Notes: generated from the sequence alone by a model not told the origin. Positions 35,070 through 48,559 are shown, counted from the first letter of the whole stretch. The stretch is 63,163 nucleotides of DNA, filler included, from Rhabdomonas costata (GCA_019059605.1; 38 parts of 38 records of this genome joined end to end with filler, not necessarily neighbours in it), one strand, 5' to 3'. Made by a program: numbers and translations.

Positions 35070-38000
35070 TTCAATCCCTTCAAGCAGCCGAAGGAGAGTG
35101 CTCTGTGGGCGTTTGTGTTGAGCCCCTCCCTTTCTGCTCTTTTGTGGGCTCCCGAAAAGGGACCCTTTTGCGGTATGTGTGTGTGTTGCGGATCTGTCTG
35201 CTTTCTTGTCTGTTGGGGGGGGGGCAAGCGCTTGCCAGACGCTCTGTGCCAAACTCCCTTGGCGTGCGAGGTGGTAGCTATGGGGTTGAGCGTGTGCTAA
35301 TGTTTTGTTGTGTGCTTCTCTCTGCTTTGGCAGGGCTGCCCAGGAGATGATTTGGTTTTGCCTCCCGGGGCTTTGAGGTGCCTGTGAATATCCTTTGCCT
35401 TTGTTCCTTTTCATGGACAGGTTGTTAATATGGATTCGTTTCATGCTTTTATTTTTCCTCCTTTTTTTTGCCTTGTGCTGGTGACTTATGGCTTTCTGGT
35501 TTACAACCTGGAAGCGCCCTTGTTCTCCTGCGTGATACACCTTTGCCGAGCATGGGATTGGGGGGGGGGAAGGCGGCGTTCGAGGAGCAGGAAGTAGTGT
35601 GGGTGCATGGTTGCAATCTTCGATAATTTAGGTTCTTTTTCATTTACCACCACTGCGTCACGTGCAAACCCAAATTGGATCCCCAAGGGGCCCGGGCCAA
35701 AGTGAGTTTGTGCTCCCCTGAGATATCCCGGAGCTAAAATCAGGGCAGAGCGAGGCTTCAGGTACTCTCCTTAAACCCTCCTGATTTAATCGTCGCGTTG
35801 TTTTTGAGACCCGTGAAAAAGTACATACATCAGCACAACATTATGCAATCTCAGCAAGGAAGGGTTGCGAAACAAAACTGCAGGTTGGCAGTAGTTTCGC
35901 CAGAATCTCCGGGTCACCAGCATACCAACGGCCAAAAAAGCCTTTCTCCGTCTCGTTTGTCTTAAGCGGCCAAGACATCCCAGACATAACCCTGAACACG
36001 CTCAGCCTTGCTAGGTGGCTGTATCCCCACCACAGGCTCTCCTCTTCAAAGCAAAAAAGAATGCAGCGGTACAGCCCGGCCAACCCCCTGCTTCCTTCGG
36101 GTATTAGCCGCTGCCCTCTGCTTTTTGTGTGAAATTGGGACTGGTGGCAGCGACACTGTGATAGTGATTGCAGCTGGCTTGTGACTCCTCAGCAGTTGTC
36201 GTCTTTGCCCCGATGGTTGTGATTCTGCGCATCAGTCGCGTTTGCAGTTTCATACTTGCTGGGAATGTAAATGCAGTATGCAACTGCAGCAGCAAAGGTA
36301 ACACGGAACAAAAGAGACGCTAGACAAGGAGCAATTCATTTTTATTCAGAAGCCCTCGTGCGCACTTCGCCGCATTTGCGTGCGAAACCAAACCTGCCAT
36401 TTTTAATTTCATTAGTTTTCGTTTCGAAAAAGATGAGTGAGCAAAAACGACAGTTGAAATCCAGCCGAGTTATTGGCTTCTTTCGACAACACGCATCAAG
36501 CAGTAACCTACACCCACACCCNNNNNNNNNNNNNNNNNNNNNNNNNNNNNNNNNNNNNNNNNNNNTTAATTAATTAANNNNNNNNNNNNNNNNNNNNNNN
36601 NNNNNNNNNNNNNNNNNNNNNGTGTTTTTTGTAAATTTTCTTCTTGTGGCTGTGTAGCTGTTGGGTACCTCGGAACCTTGTGCGTCCTTCCTCGCCCCGT
36701 CGTTGCCCTCTTCCGGTGCCCATTCCACTTTTCTCTGTGATTTCTGTGTCTGTGCAACCTATTTGTTCTGACGCCTTCTGTTATTTCAAAAACAGATTCA
36801 TGGAGTTTTTCGCAAGCAAACACAAGCACACGCACACGCACAAGCATAAGGAGATGACCGAGAACAAAGGCGGATGCATCAAATCAGACCCTGAGCGGTC
36901 TTTGTTCCCTCGTCCAGATTCTGGCTTCCTGTCCGCGTACTCGTGCACATAGCTCACTCTTCGTTTGAAACGAAACTTCATTTCCCTTCGGAAACTTTCG
37001 TCCAGAAGAAGGCAACGGGAGTAAAGGCACAAAATATTTTCGTTTCACCCCCCAAAAGTGTGGTGTGTTGGGTCACGATGTCGTGCAGCTGCAGTGCCGA
37101 GATTACCCCCAATGTAGGTGCGTAACCCCTTCCCGAGCTTTCGGACACACCTCCCACACCTTCCAGGTTTTTCTGAAGTGGTGGTTGGGACACCAGGTCG
37201 TTTCTGGCACACGTTTCTGTGCAACGGCTCCCGTTATGTGTCCTTTCCGATCCCTTCGGCGAACATTTCGTTTGTTGCAAAAGAGGGGATTTTCAACCCC
37301 GATATGAAGCAGTGGTGGGCCAGCTGATGCCAGGCGAGTGGCCTCAATCCAAGTGGCCATAGGCGGAAGACAGCGTCCTGCCACATCTTTCTCCCTGTCA
37401 AGAACTAGCAGCAGTGGACGTGTTCATCAGACTGCTCCCAGCTTCTCCCACGCGGCCAAACTGCGAAGCAAGGTTCAGCGCAAAAAGACCAAATACGGCG
37501 GCGAGCTGGTCGCGCGGCATAAGCTGAACTTCATCTTTTTCATGTCGACATTTTTCACCTTTTTGATGTCGAGGACCACCTCATGCGGCCATCCGCACTG
37601 GCAATGGTTTCCCCTTCACACCAACTCAGTCTGCGTGGGCGAGAACCGCGCTTTTATGCGACATTATTATATATTATATTTCCCAAGAACTTCCATACCG
37701 CTTATGACGATCGCGTTTCCCAAAGGTCCCGAAATATTGCAGCATACAAAATAAAGAGATAACCAATAAGTTCTCCAATGTTGGGTTAAAAAGTCCGGAT
37801 ACTCATTGAATCATTTTTATTGTGTACTAATTTTTGTGAGTAGCAATAAGAAGGAAATCCGAAAAGCCGTCACGCGCTTTTTGCTTCACATGAAATGTCG
37901 GGCAGAAAAAAGGTTTTTCAACTTTTTAAGACAAAAAAGTTTTTCAAGTGTGATTCAGATGTTAGTTAACAGAATATAAAAAGAACGTCCACAATATTCT

Positions 38001-38100
38001 TTCTTTTAAATTTCAGTTGAAGCACGGCCGGGGGAAAGTTTGACCCCTAATTGTGTTAGCGTATCCTACGGCCCTTCGGCTGGAATACCAGGGGACACCC

Positions 38101-38185
38101 AGGTGTCTAACGTCTAACAGCGTTAGACGTCCTACGGTGTCAGACGTCTAACGCCCGTATAACACCGTCAGACGACCGTCTAACA
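38101..38185. repeat. Cluster of short GTCTAAC/GTTAGAC/GTCAGAC motifs in both orientations
   Basis: About seven motif copies within 85 bp at the contig end, resembling subterminal repeats of DNA transposons. Confidence 0.5.
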
Positions 38186-38285
38186 NNNNNNNNNNNNNNN
38201 NNNNNNNNNNNNNNNNNNNNNNNNNNNNNTTAATTAATTAANNNNNNNNNNNNNNNNNNNNNNNNNNNNNNNNNNNNNNNNNNNN

Positions 38286-38560
38286 GGTGGGGGTTGGATG
38301 GAAACATCCAATTGATTCAAGAATGGTTTACAGCAAAAAAGAAACTTTATTATGCGAAAAGTATGTATGATACGGCAGTTCGGATGGTACAAAATTGCCG
38401 GTCTGAACATACAGACACCTATCTGTCAGAAGACATTGCGGTTAACACGTTTACGAACGATCGCTTGAGAGCCCAAGAAGAATACAAAATCTTTAAGTAC
38501 GGCTCGACTGGTGTTGCTCAGTGCAACGAAAGCAGTGCGATGTGCTCGGGCAACAGTTGA
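38286..38560 (+). CDS. 3' part of an intronless AT-rich ORF of unknown function
   Basis: Open from near the contig start to TGA at 38560 (…IQEWFTAKKKLYYAKSMYDTAVRMVQNCRSEH…). Codon composition is unlike host exons. Confidence 0.4.
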
Positions 38561-39366
38561 TAAGATTGAAGACCGCATAAATGGTGTGTCTGACCGGGAA
38601 TAACTTCTGTAAACCTACAACGGGCGGGCAGGCTAATTGAACTGTGACAGACAAAACTTATATGCAGACACTAGCGGAACTCGCTGACTGTGTACTGGCG
38701 GGATACTGGCGGGACTCGCCGACGATGTCGTTCTTTGCTTTGCGCTTTGCCTTTGTTTTTATGTGTCAAACTAATTTACATATAAAAAATGAAAATGCAA
38801 CAAAAATACAAATACACTACAATAACATATGTACATCAGATTCAGAGTCCCAAATCTCAGACCAAATCATCACAACACAAGTCCAGTGTTCAAAGACCTC
38901 TTCTCAAACAATCACAGAACGAATGGAACTGGATTTCTTCGTTACGAAAACCGACATTGGACCACTTGAGTGTGTCGTCCATAAACTAGAGACGTCGGAC
39001 GAATTCAGGTGTCAGTTTTTTTTAAACAAACAGCCATCATCGTGGTGAGCACTGTGGTGGAGGAAGATGATGAATACGTTGCATAGAGGGTTAGCCACGT
39101 GATGTGCGACGGCCGAAAGTGCATTGAACGAATGCACTGAACTTTATATATCCAAAATAGTTTTAGATATAAAAAAAACACATACATCAAAAAAATGAAA
39201 ATTTAAACTTGTGTAAAGTCCATACATATAAATACACTAAGAAAATACAATAGTCAATACAATATAAATACACATAAATACACACATAGATATATAGTCA
39301 ATAACAAACCAACTGACATAATCAATGATATTGTCAATGACATAGATAATGATATGTCAATAACAT

Positions 39367-39431
39367 AGTCAGTCACATCATGTCTGATATCAGTCACAAC
39401 GTGACTGATATCAGACATGATGTGACTGACT
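39367..39431. repeat. Perfect 31-bp palindrome with a 3-nt loop, inside a GTCA/TGAC-rich region
   Basis: AGTCAGTCACATCATGTCTGATATCAGTCAC-aac-GTGACTGATATCAGACATGATGTGACTGACT; internal to the contig. Confidence 0.95.
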
Positions 39432-41395
39432 TATGAAATTACATAAATCGCGGAACAATAAGCACATGTAATGGTTTTTATTACATTTCATTTTAATCAG
39501 CTGTCATCAGCTGTCATCATTGTGTCATCAGTATGTCATCAGGAGACAACCCCATGTCATCACAAAAAAGCTTCGTTTGCCCGAAAAAAGATCTCCGATA
39601 CACTCTTTTTCTTTATTGGTGCCCAATAGTTCGTGGAATAAGATGGCCAAGGGCCAAAAAATTGTTAGACGGGTCTTTGGACTTCAAAAATTTCTAAGAA
39701 ACGCCAAAGTGCCATTTTAAGGCCTTTTCAGGGTCAAGACCAGCGCTCAAGCTCTCAGACCGAGGTCCTTAGTGTGTCTAGTGATGGTACCCAGGAGTAC
39801 TTCAGACTGACATCACATTTGCGTGAGATAGACCTCGTTAGTGCACCTCTNNNNNNNNNNNNNNNNNNNNNNNNNNNNNNNNNNNNNNNNNNNNTTAATT
39901 AATTAANNNNNNNNNNNNNNNNNNNNNNNNNNNNNNNNNNNNNNNNNNNNTTTTGGTTTTCTTCTTTGACTTGTTCTGTCTATTTGTTCGTGTTTGTGAA
40001 TGTTTGTGCATTGCAAAGACAGAAAAGAAACACACACACACACACACACACACGCCCTCGCACTGCATCCCGAGCTTCTCGCAGGGCTTGAGAAAGGCCA
40101 CCAGAGACCAACATTGAAAAATGCAAGTCTTTCCCAGCTCGACGCCCTTTGCCACATTGATCCCGAGACGCGTTACTCACCTGATATACGGAAAGGGCGC
40201 ACTCCAGGGCCTGGTTTACGTCCGACGTCGGAAGGGCGAATAACATTCCCTGTCCTAAAAAAAACAGAACATCCGGTGCGCGTGGAGTTAGTGAGTGTTC
40301 ATATTTTTAGGAGGAGATTGCGCACAGAATGGCTGCATGGAATTGATGATGGGGTTTTTGTGATGCGTATCCAGAAAGAACCACATGTAATGAGGCCGAC
40401 TCATACAAAAAACTGAGTGTAAAAGATTTGGAACACATATGCGGAAGCCACCCACAGTGTCGCTGGGTACGTGTGTTAGCGCAACGGGCACCGAAAATAC
40501 CCAATTTTGCAAAGGACAGAAAGGAAAAGATACCAAGCCAGGGAAGACAAGTGCCTCCCGCTGCGGAAACCTTAGTGTAGACAATGTCCGCCACTCTTCC
40601 CGCCAAGTCAAACAACGTCGGCACGGGCTGGGGAAATGGCATAAGACATGAAGACACTTCAACGCTTGGGAAAGCCAATTTGGTCACGGCACTGCAGTGC
40701 GTACATCCGACGGACAAGAAAATTCTCGCATTGTATCCTCCGCTTATGCCATCACACCAGCCATCCTTTCAGACTGCAACTCGGAGCGAAGTCAGCATGG
40801 CTGGTTTTGGTTCTGGGCAGGAACAGCATTGGGATTTCACCAAACCACTCGCAAAAATCGAGCAAAAACTTGCACATATCTAGAGGGAGGGGGAGAGGTC
40901 TGGGGAAGACTGGGGAAGACGGCACCACGGCAGGGGTTGTAGTCTCGCCACGCAGTCCCAAAAATCCCACCAGGAGAACCTCCAGGTGCTCGGCATCGGC
41001 CAAAGGGTCCATCCCGGCGACCACGGCATCTCTCAGGCGAGGGACGCAGAACCCATCCGCCACGGAGTACAGCGCCTAGAAAAAAGAAAGGCCCCCACAC
41101 CACTCGCACACCAGACAACAAATGATGTGCTACATTGACGAGCTCACGAAAACTCACACTCTCCCACGTGGACATACGCACAACAGAAACGGCCAATCTG
41201 CTCCAGCAGCCCAGCTGGCATCAGTATCAAAAGAAGAATCTGCCTGATCTCGGTTCTGAGGTTCGAATCATTCGATGACAAATTAATCTTGCTTGCAAAA
41301 GAGAATGATGCACCCACCACAACCCCTAACCTCCAAAGCAGCTCCCTTCAAAGCTCTGCCAACATTGCACTCCGCTTTGAGCTGCGAGGGGAGCG

Positions 41396-41508
41396 GGGAA
41401 CAGCACCAGAAGTTGCTTCAGAAGGCCATGCAGTGGTTCGTGGCTGGGCTCTTCACTCAGCCACGAACCACTGCATGGCCTTCTGAAGCAACTTCTGGTG
41501 CTGTTCCC
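41396..41508. repeat. Perfect 51-bp inverted repeat at the contig end (fold-back)
   Basis: Arms 41396-41446 and 41458-41508. Confidence 0.9.
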
Positions 41509-41615
41509 ACCACCCNNNNNNNNNNNNNNNNNNNNNNNNNNNNNNNNNNNNNNNNNNNNTTAATTAATTAANNNNNNNNNNNNNNNNNNNNNNNNNNNNN
41601 NNNNNNNNNNNNNNN

Positions 41616-42675
41616 TGACACCCGCAGCAGCATTGGCGATCAACGTCGAGCTGGCGTACACCTTGAAGCCGACAACGTAGGGCAGAGGGCCGGACCAGGA
41701 AATCACATCGATGGCTTGCGGGGAGACAAGAAGGGAGCAAGAGAGGGGCAGCGAGGGATAGGGAGGGAGGAAGGGATAGTGCGACAAGCGCAGAGAGAAA
41801 ACTGCACGCACACACACTTGGTGCACTTGGCAAGGATGAGTTTTTTCTGGGGAGGACTCGATGCACACCACACACACACACAACCACATACCGCCGCGCC
41901 GATCCCGGTGGTGTAGTAGATTGCAGCCAACAACATCGCGGGGGTGAAGGTCAGCGCGCATTGCTGGGAAGAGACAAGGTGAGCAAAGGTGAGCAGGTTC
42001 ACACCCACCCCGTGGACTGTCTCTTTCCAAATGGCAAAATAGCGAGCTAAAACCACCAGACAGGCTCAGGTGCGGAGTCCTCCTGGTCGAATCAGCTGCT
42101 GGCCCAAGCGAGCCCACAGGCGCTCTGCACAGTCCACTTTTTATCCAATGAAAGCTGTGCTCCAGCTAGCTCAACGGATGATTGTAGAGACGCCACGTGC
42201 TGAGGTTCTTCCCGCTACCCATTTCTGGCTTGCGGCCTCTCGCCGGCGAGGCAACACCTACTTTTCCATTTCGAAGGGTTCACCTCGATGCCGGTCTCCA
42301 AATGCACCTCTCATGTGTGTTTATGTGCCTTTGTGATGTGTACGGAACGTTTTTAAATTTTCTTGCCAAAATTTAATTTCGCCAGTCGTGTCAGCGGTTT
42401 CGTTTTGCATACAAGCAGCGAAAACCCTCTAAGAAAGCAAGCGGTGGCACCTTGCAGAACTGGATGGTGTACAAACTGCTGGGCCACACGAGGGGTCCCG
42501 CAATACTCAGCGAGATGTTGCACCCGAGAATCCCAGTGGGAACGACGGCCACGGAGCACTGGTAGCTGCCAAGGTAGGCCGGAATGGTAGGGTCTGTGTC
42601 ACCACACGGAAAGAAAGCCGTACAGAAAGGATACATGGCATAAAGGGAAAAGATCACCAAGCAAACCCCAAGGGA

Positions 42676-42741
<66 letters not shown>

Positions 42742-42854
42742 GGCGGGGCAGTTCGTGATGACCTGGTTCAAGGTGCTGAGAGTTGGGCAAGCCCCGCTCG
42801 AGGCCGTCAGCAGGGGGTAAGACACCGTCGTTCTGGGGTAGGGCACCAGCGCCG
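41616..42854 (-). CDS. Several exons of an unknown Cys/Thr/Pro-containing, probably extracellular protein
   Basis: AG/GT-bounded exons 42854-42741, 42593-42451 and 41963-41892 splice in phase (…GACPTLSTLNQVITNCPA/DPTIPAYLGSYQCSVAVV…IQFCK/QCALTFTPAM…). A fourth block from 41714 has uncertain phase. Confidence 0.55.
42679..42740. repeat. (AC)31 microsatellite whose first GT (minus strand) serves as the splice donor
   Basis: An uninterrupted AC run abuts the exon end at 42741. Shorter (AC)n/(GT)n tracts occur throughout the window. Confidence 0.95.
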
Positions 42855-43131
42855 CTGAAGGGGACGGGCAACCCCCACATACGAAAGAGCGCGTGATTTT
42901 CAAAGTGTTCGATCACATCGCAAAAAACAAAGAAACATCAAAAACAAAAGCGCCGTTGGAACTCAAACCCATCATACCGCTCATCTACGCAGTGCTTGAA
43001 GGTTGCTCTTTGACAGGTCATCCATGTTCGGATGAAGAATTCGAATCTCTCTCTCTCAGCTCTGGTATAAAAAAACCACCGCATGTTACGCACAAAACAC
43101 AGCTTGAGAGGTGCCTTTGGTATAAAAATCC

Positions 43132-43191
43132 TGTGTGCAATGATTAAACAGCAGCTGCGATATCGAGGCTGCTGTTTAATCATTGCACACA
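43132..43191. repeat. Perfect 24-bp inverted repeat at the contig end (fold-back)
   Basis: Arms 43132-43155 and 43168-43191. Confidence 0.9.
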
Positions 43192-46100
43192 ACAANNNNN
43201 NNNNNNNNNNNNNNNNNNNNNNNNNNNNNNNNNNNNNNNTTAATTAATTAANNNNNNNNNNNNNNNNNNNNNNNNNNNNNNNNNNNNNNNNNNNNGGGTT
43301 TGTGTGGAAACTCGAGAGCAACCACCACTCTAAAAAGACTGCTTGCTGAGGACTCGCCGACGGCTGAGATATGGCCGTTATGGGCAAAGGACAAGGGAGC
43401 GGACCCAGTCCGCGGCATGGCCGGAGAGGTGACATGACCTGGGGGGGGGCCTTTAAAGATTTAAGAAATATTCTCCCACAGAAAGGTTGCTACCACTGCT
43501 AACCGTTATCCCCCCCAACTTTCACTGCACCAAAGAAGGGATACAGGTTTTCAGAAGTGCCGATTAAGAAGGTATTTTGGCTCCACACCTGACCCAACGA
43601 CGTGAAGGGAACGTCTGTTGCGCAGGTATCCGGTGCAGCGTTCAGAATCATGCGTCACAAAAAGATAAGGGTATATAAGGTCATTGGATGTCAAGATACC
43701 CCACCGCACCCGGCATTGGGAAAATCTGATGAACGATTATAGAGCAAATCATATGGCAACACAATCTCCGGCCCACCTGGTGCACCACCCGTTGCGAAAA
43801 AGCCAAGCAAAGGTGCGCCAACAAAGCAAAGGGGAACGTGTAAACACTCACGGGAGGCAAGGAAAAGGACCTTCAGGATCTGCTCCTGCATCGCCCTGGA
43901 GTGAGTCACGACGGACTGCAGGGACTCGCGGCAGCGCTGGAACAGCGCCATCAGCCTGAGAGTTGGGGTAACGGGAGGCTGCTTCTGCTGCGAACATATG
44001 TTGAGTTGATCATATGATGCGTTGCGAGAGCTGTTTGCGTTGTGTGAGCACATAGATCGCTGGCTGATGAGGAGCTGCTGCCTTCCACACGGGGCAATTC
44101 TTTCTCTTCTGCGCTGGTGCGCCGCCTATGCGCCCGGTTCACTAACAGGTATGGCTTGCTAATTTCAAGGGTGTTCACCTTCCCAGTCCTCACAGTGATG
44201 CCGAGGGGTGGGCTGCTGGCTCACCGCCACTGTGACTTCGTCGGATGTCATTTGCAGCTTTTGGCCAAACCTGATTCACCTGGGGGGTCAGAGTTTGCTG
44301 CGAGAGGTGTGTGAGAGGGGCCAACGCTGCACCACTCCCCTTCCCCTCAATGGGATGCACACCGGTCCGTGGTGGCCTTGTCGATGTCGTGGGCCAGGGT
44401 GAGGTACTCGAAGCAGGGCACCCCACCGGCCTCCGTGAGGTGCAGCGGGGCAGAGGCCGCCGAGCCCTCCAGTCCTCCGCCACTGCCACTGCCACCCAGA
44501 AACCGCTCCAGCAACGCTCGGCTCACTGCGTAGCATAAGCAGAACCTCCACGACTATGAAGCACACCGTACACGGCAACAATGGCCAACTCGCACACAGA
44601 AGAGGGGCTTTCTGACCACCGCAAGTGTGCCCAAAACAGGGCAACCCAACGCACTGTGCATATTCAGCCCGTGTGCAGAAGCACAATGCGTATTGGTGCG
44701 CAAGTCCGTCGCTCAAATGAGGTACAACTTTTTCATTCATACCTGCAATAGACCTTCAGGGTCACTTGCGCCATTGTCACTCCACTCGAACTTTCACATC
44801 TCAAATGTCACCTCCACTTGGGGGGATAGGAATGGTCCAATCCCCAGCCCCCACCCCCCNNNNNNNNNNNNNNNNNNNNNNNNNNNNNNNNNNNNNNNNN
44901 NNNTTAATTAATTAANNNNNNNNNNNNNNNNNNNNNNNNNNNNNNNNNNNNNNNNNNNNTGTTTTTTGTCATCGTTGCTGTTTGGGTATTTCGTGTTCAT
45001 GGATGTGCGGTTGGGTGTGTTGGTGGTGTCGCGGGGGGCGGGGGGCTCCACGTCGTGGTGCCCTGGGAGTCCGAGCCGTACTCCCCAGAGCCCTGCTCCG
45101 AGCACGACCCGAAGTTCAGGCCGGGAACCTTGGGGCTCTGCGAAAGAAGAAAAAGCAGGTTGCTAATAAGGGTGCTAATAAGAAGATGAAGGCTGAACCA
45201 CAGGGAATCGGTTCAAAGAACGCATTTCGACTCGCTGAGAAGGGCTTCGCCACAATAAAGTGCTATTTGCAAACACGACGCCAGCAGAATTATGCGATCG
45301 AGCTACAATTTACAACATAAAAAAGAAGGACCACTAAGTTACACGGAGATAGGCACTGGTACACACCGTCCACACGGCGTGTGAAGGGGTTTGACAGGGA
45401 AAGGAGGGGAAAAGATCCAGCGAGAGGGAGGAAGCCACAATTTAACGAAAATTAAATGTATCACTTGGGGACAGTTGTGTTATTTTCCGTCGGTGTACAC
45501 GTGTGCAACTAAAAGACGGAAAGGAGCACACACACACACACACACACGTGAAGGAGAAAACAAAAGCTGCTGCCCCTGACCAAAGAAGCGTGTAGCCAAT
45601 CCAATAGCACTGCGTCAAATGAGCAACGGAGATCAAGTCCCAAGGTTGACCGAGAACATCTTCTCCCTCTTGCTGTCATTCCAACATACAATTCGCAAAT
45701 TTTGCCAATTTCGGTGTTCACAAACCTAAACCCTTCGCAAATTATAAATCTCAAGCTTGCGGTACACAGGACAGTTCATGAAAAGCACTTAACTTTTCAT
45801 CGACTTCCGCTTTCCCGTTCTGTTACGAAGGAAAAATGCCCTCGGTCCGAAGGGAAGGGGCAAGAAATTTCCCTCTATCCATTCCCACAACAAAGCAAAA
45901 TTGAAGAGGTTCAAGAAGGAACCGCGCCATGGCGAGGGGAGGCCTCGTCGGAGCCCTTCAGGCGGATCGACCGCGGCCGCTCGTGCGCCTCGATCTCTTC
46001 AGTGCTGACGGCGAAGTGCAGCGGGAGGCCCTTCCGCGGGGAGACAGCATTCTGAGGATCGCATGAAAATCTCAATAACCTCAACGCAGAGCAAGACCTC

Positions 46101-47017
46101 TTTCTTTTAATCAAAAGCGACATTGTGATGCAACACCAGAGGCTGCGGGGCAAACAATACCTTGACCATTGCCGTCATGAGCATGCACCCCCGGAAACCC
46201 CATTCTAAATCCTTAGAGACCACCTGCGTATCTGTCCTGAGAGACCACCTGTGTATCTGTGAAGACATCGCTCATGCGGGTCTCGCTTCAAAAAAGAACT
46301 GTCAAACTGGGCCTTGTATTTTCGGCAGAGATAGCTTTAGCATGCGCCCTCAGCCCCCAGCGCTGTCCGCCCGGGACTTGCACCCTGAGCAGCTGCTGTT
46401 TGGCGCCGGCACCAACCTGATTCCCCATGGCCAACCTTACCCTACGCTGCAGCTCGAGATGTCCCTATCCTCGGCAAGCGTTGGTCCCTCTGCGCCAAGC
46501 GGAGAAGTCCGGAAAAAAACACNNNNNNNNNNNNNNNNNNNNNNNNNNNNNNNNNNNNNNNNNNNNTTAATTAATTAANNNNNNNNNNNNNNNNNNNNNN
46601 NNNNNNNNNNNNNNNNNNNNNNGGTGTGTTGTATATTGTTGGAAAATGCCAATTATAAAACGGGAGGGGTCGGATTGTTGCAGCGTGTGGGGGTGCAGCT
46701 GCGGTGGGGGTCCTGCGTAGGGGTCGGAGGTGTCGGGGCGTGAGGCACCGGGTCTGCGCGGCAATGCGGGCTTGAGTGTAGTCGCCCTGTATCGCGTCAG
46801 CAGCGAAGCTGGTTTGCGAGGGGTGACCGCACGTCGTTGACCTTTGGTCCTCCTGGTGGGTTATCCTGGGAGTGCTTCCTTACTGGAAGAAAGTTTATGA
46901 TAAAAACGAGATTTAATTGGTTGTAATAAAAGAACCAGGTTTTTTCTCAGCCCTGGGGCGTTGGCCGACTTCTTGCAGTGATATTTGGAGTGGAAGTCTC
47001 TGTTGTACTTTGTACAG

Positions 47018-47092
47018 GTTGATCAACCGTCGGGTGAGACTCCAGATGATATCAAGCAGGAAATTGAGGACAACACTGGCGTGCCTGCTCAG
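47018..47092 (+). CDS. Small exon resembling part of a ubiquitin-like domain
   Basis: 25 codons between CAG and GT: VDQPSGETPDDIKQEIEDNTGVPAQ, similar to Ubl V.P..T..D.K..I...TGVP..Q. Confidence 0.4.
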
Positions 47093-48340
47093 GTGTAACT
47101 GAGACGCGTTGATTTTTTTGACATCCCCCCCCCCCCTACTTCGATGCTAGCTCTCTCTCAGCTACGAGGAAGGTGATTTGCCATTTGCCATTCCACTGCC
47201 TTTATTGAGCCCCAATTCCGAAAATGAATTACGGCTTCAGTTGACAGTTGACTCCTTGCGCTTTGTTTGCAGCTTCTGCAAAATTCGTCGAAATGAAGCC
47301 CCACAAAAACTCAGTTTCACAGGAAACACAGAACCGCCTCGTACTCAATGCCCGTAAACGGTTTAGGCCTGATCTTAGGAGGAAGGTACTTTCAGAATGA
47401 TCAATTGTAATACAATGCTTTCCTTATAGACTTTCGCGTACCTTCGGTTTAACTTCTCCTCGAAGGTAGTAGGAAGTGGTGCGTTGTTGTAAGCGGTTTC
47501 GCTCAATCAGTCTCCCCACGAGTTGGGGTAAGGTGACGGCGCGCTGCTGGCAGCTCATTTCCCTTGCTTTTTTCGCAGTCCTTTTCGGAACGTTCCGCCC
47601 TATTAGGATGGTGGCGAGTGGGCTCCTTTTTCCTCATACCTCCTTCTATGGTAGTGTAGCGCAACGGGTTTTGTTTTCACACCACCAAATGTTTGCACGT
47701 CAAAGGATTTCGGTAACATCCCATCAAACGTCCCCCCCCCCCAAGGCAGATTGACTCCATCTGAACAGATCATCGGGTGAGAAGCTGTGCGAGTGTTGGT
47801 TTGACCCCGTACCCACTTCCGACAAACGCCTTGCCTGTCTTCGCATGTTTCGATGCGCCCACGCCAGGACATTACGATTACTGATTGGTGGGTCGCCCCG
47901 GACGGATCCACGGAAATCCATCTGTTCACTCACACTGCTGCCCAAATGGCCAGAGTCCTGCAGTACCTGCGAACCAGGGGTTCAACAACCTTGACCACCA
48001 ATGCTCGTGCCACGCGCCCGCCATCTGGTTACTACCTCGTTACCTTCCCCAACACGTATGCGTGGCAGCTCCCCCCCCCCTCTTTTCTCATTGTCGCCGC
48101 CCTGCCAGCAACTTGTCTCCATTTGATACGCCGGCGCGCGCGGACGTGATGAGTCCAGTGAGTGATGGGTATAAAGATTTGAATTANNNNNNNNNNNNNN
48201 NNNNNNNNNNNNNNNNNNNNNNNNNNNNNNTTAATTAATTAANNNNNNNNNNNNNNNNNNNNNNNNNNNNNNNNNNNNNNNNNNNNTTTTTGCGCACTCC
48301 TTCAGTGCCATTTGGGGCTGTGCCGTGGACGACCTGTGCA

Positions 48341-48559
48341 GAATCCTCCCCGCACCTCCCGATCGTCTCCGAGACTGCGGTGCACATCCCGCAGCACGAC
48401 CTCAGGGCCCCCCCGGCCTCGTTCATCGACGAGGTCCCATCCCCAGAGACGGCACCGATGGAGGTCAAGCCCGTCGTTGCCCCCACTGTGGTGCCGCAGC
48501 CTAGGCAACGCAACATCCTGCCCATCCAGCACCCGGAGACCCGGGAGACGATTGATGTG
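48341..48559 (+). CDS. Internal exon of an unknown Pro-rich protein
   Basis: GC-rich open block ...PSPETAPMEVKPVVAPTVVPQPRQRNILPIQHPETRETIDV ending at a GTGCGG donor. Confidence 0.45.
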
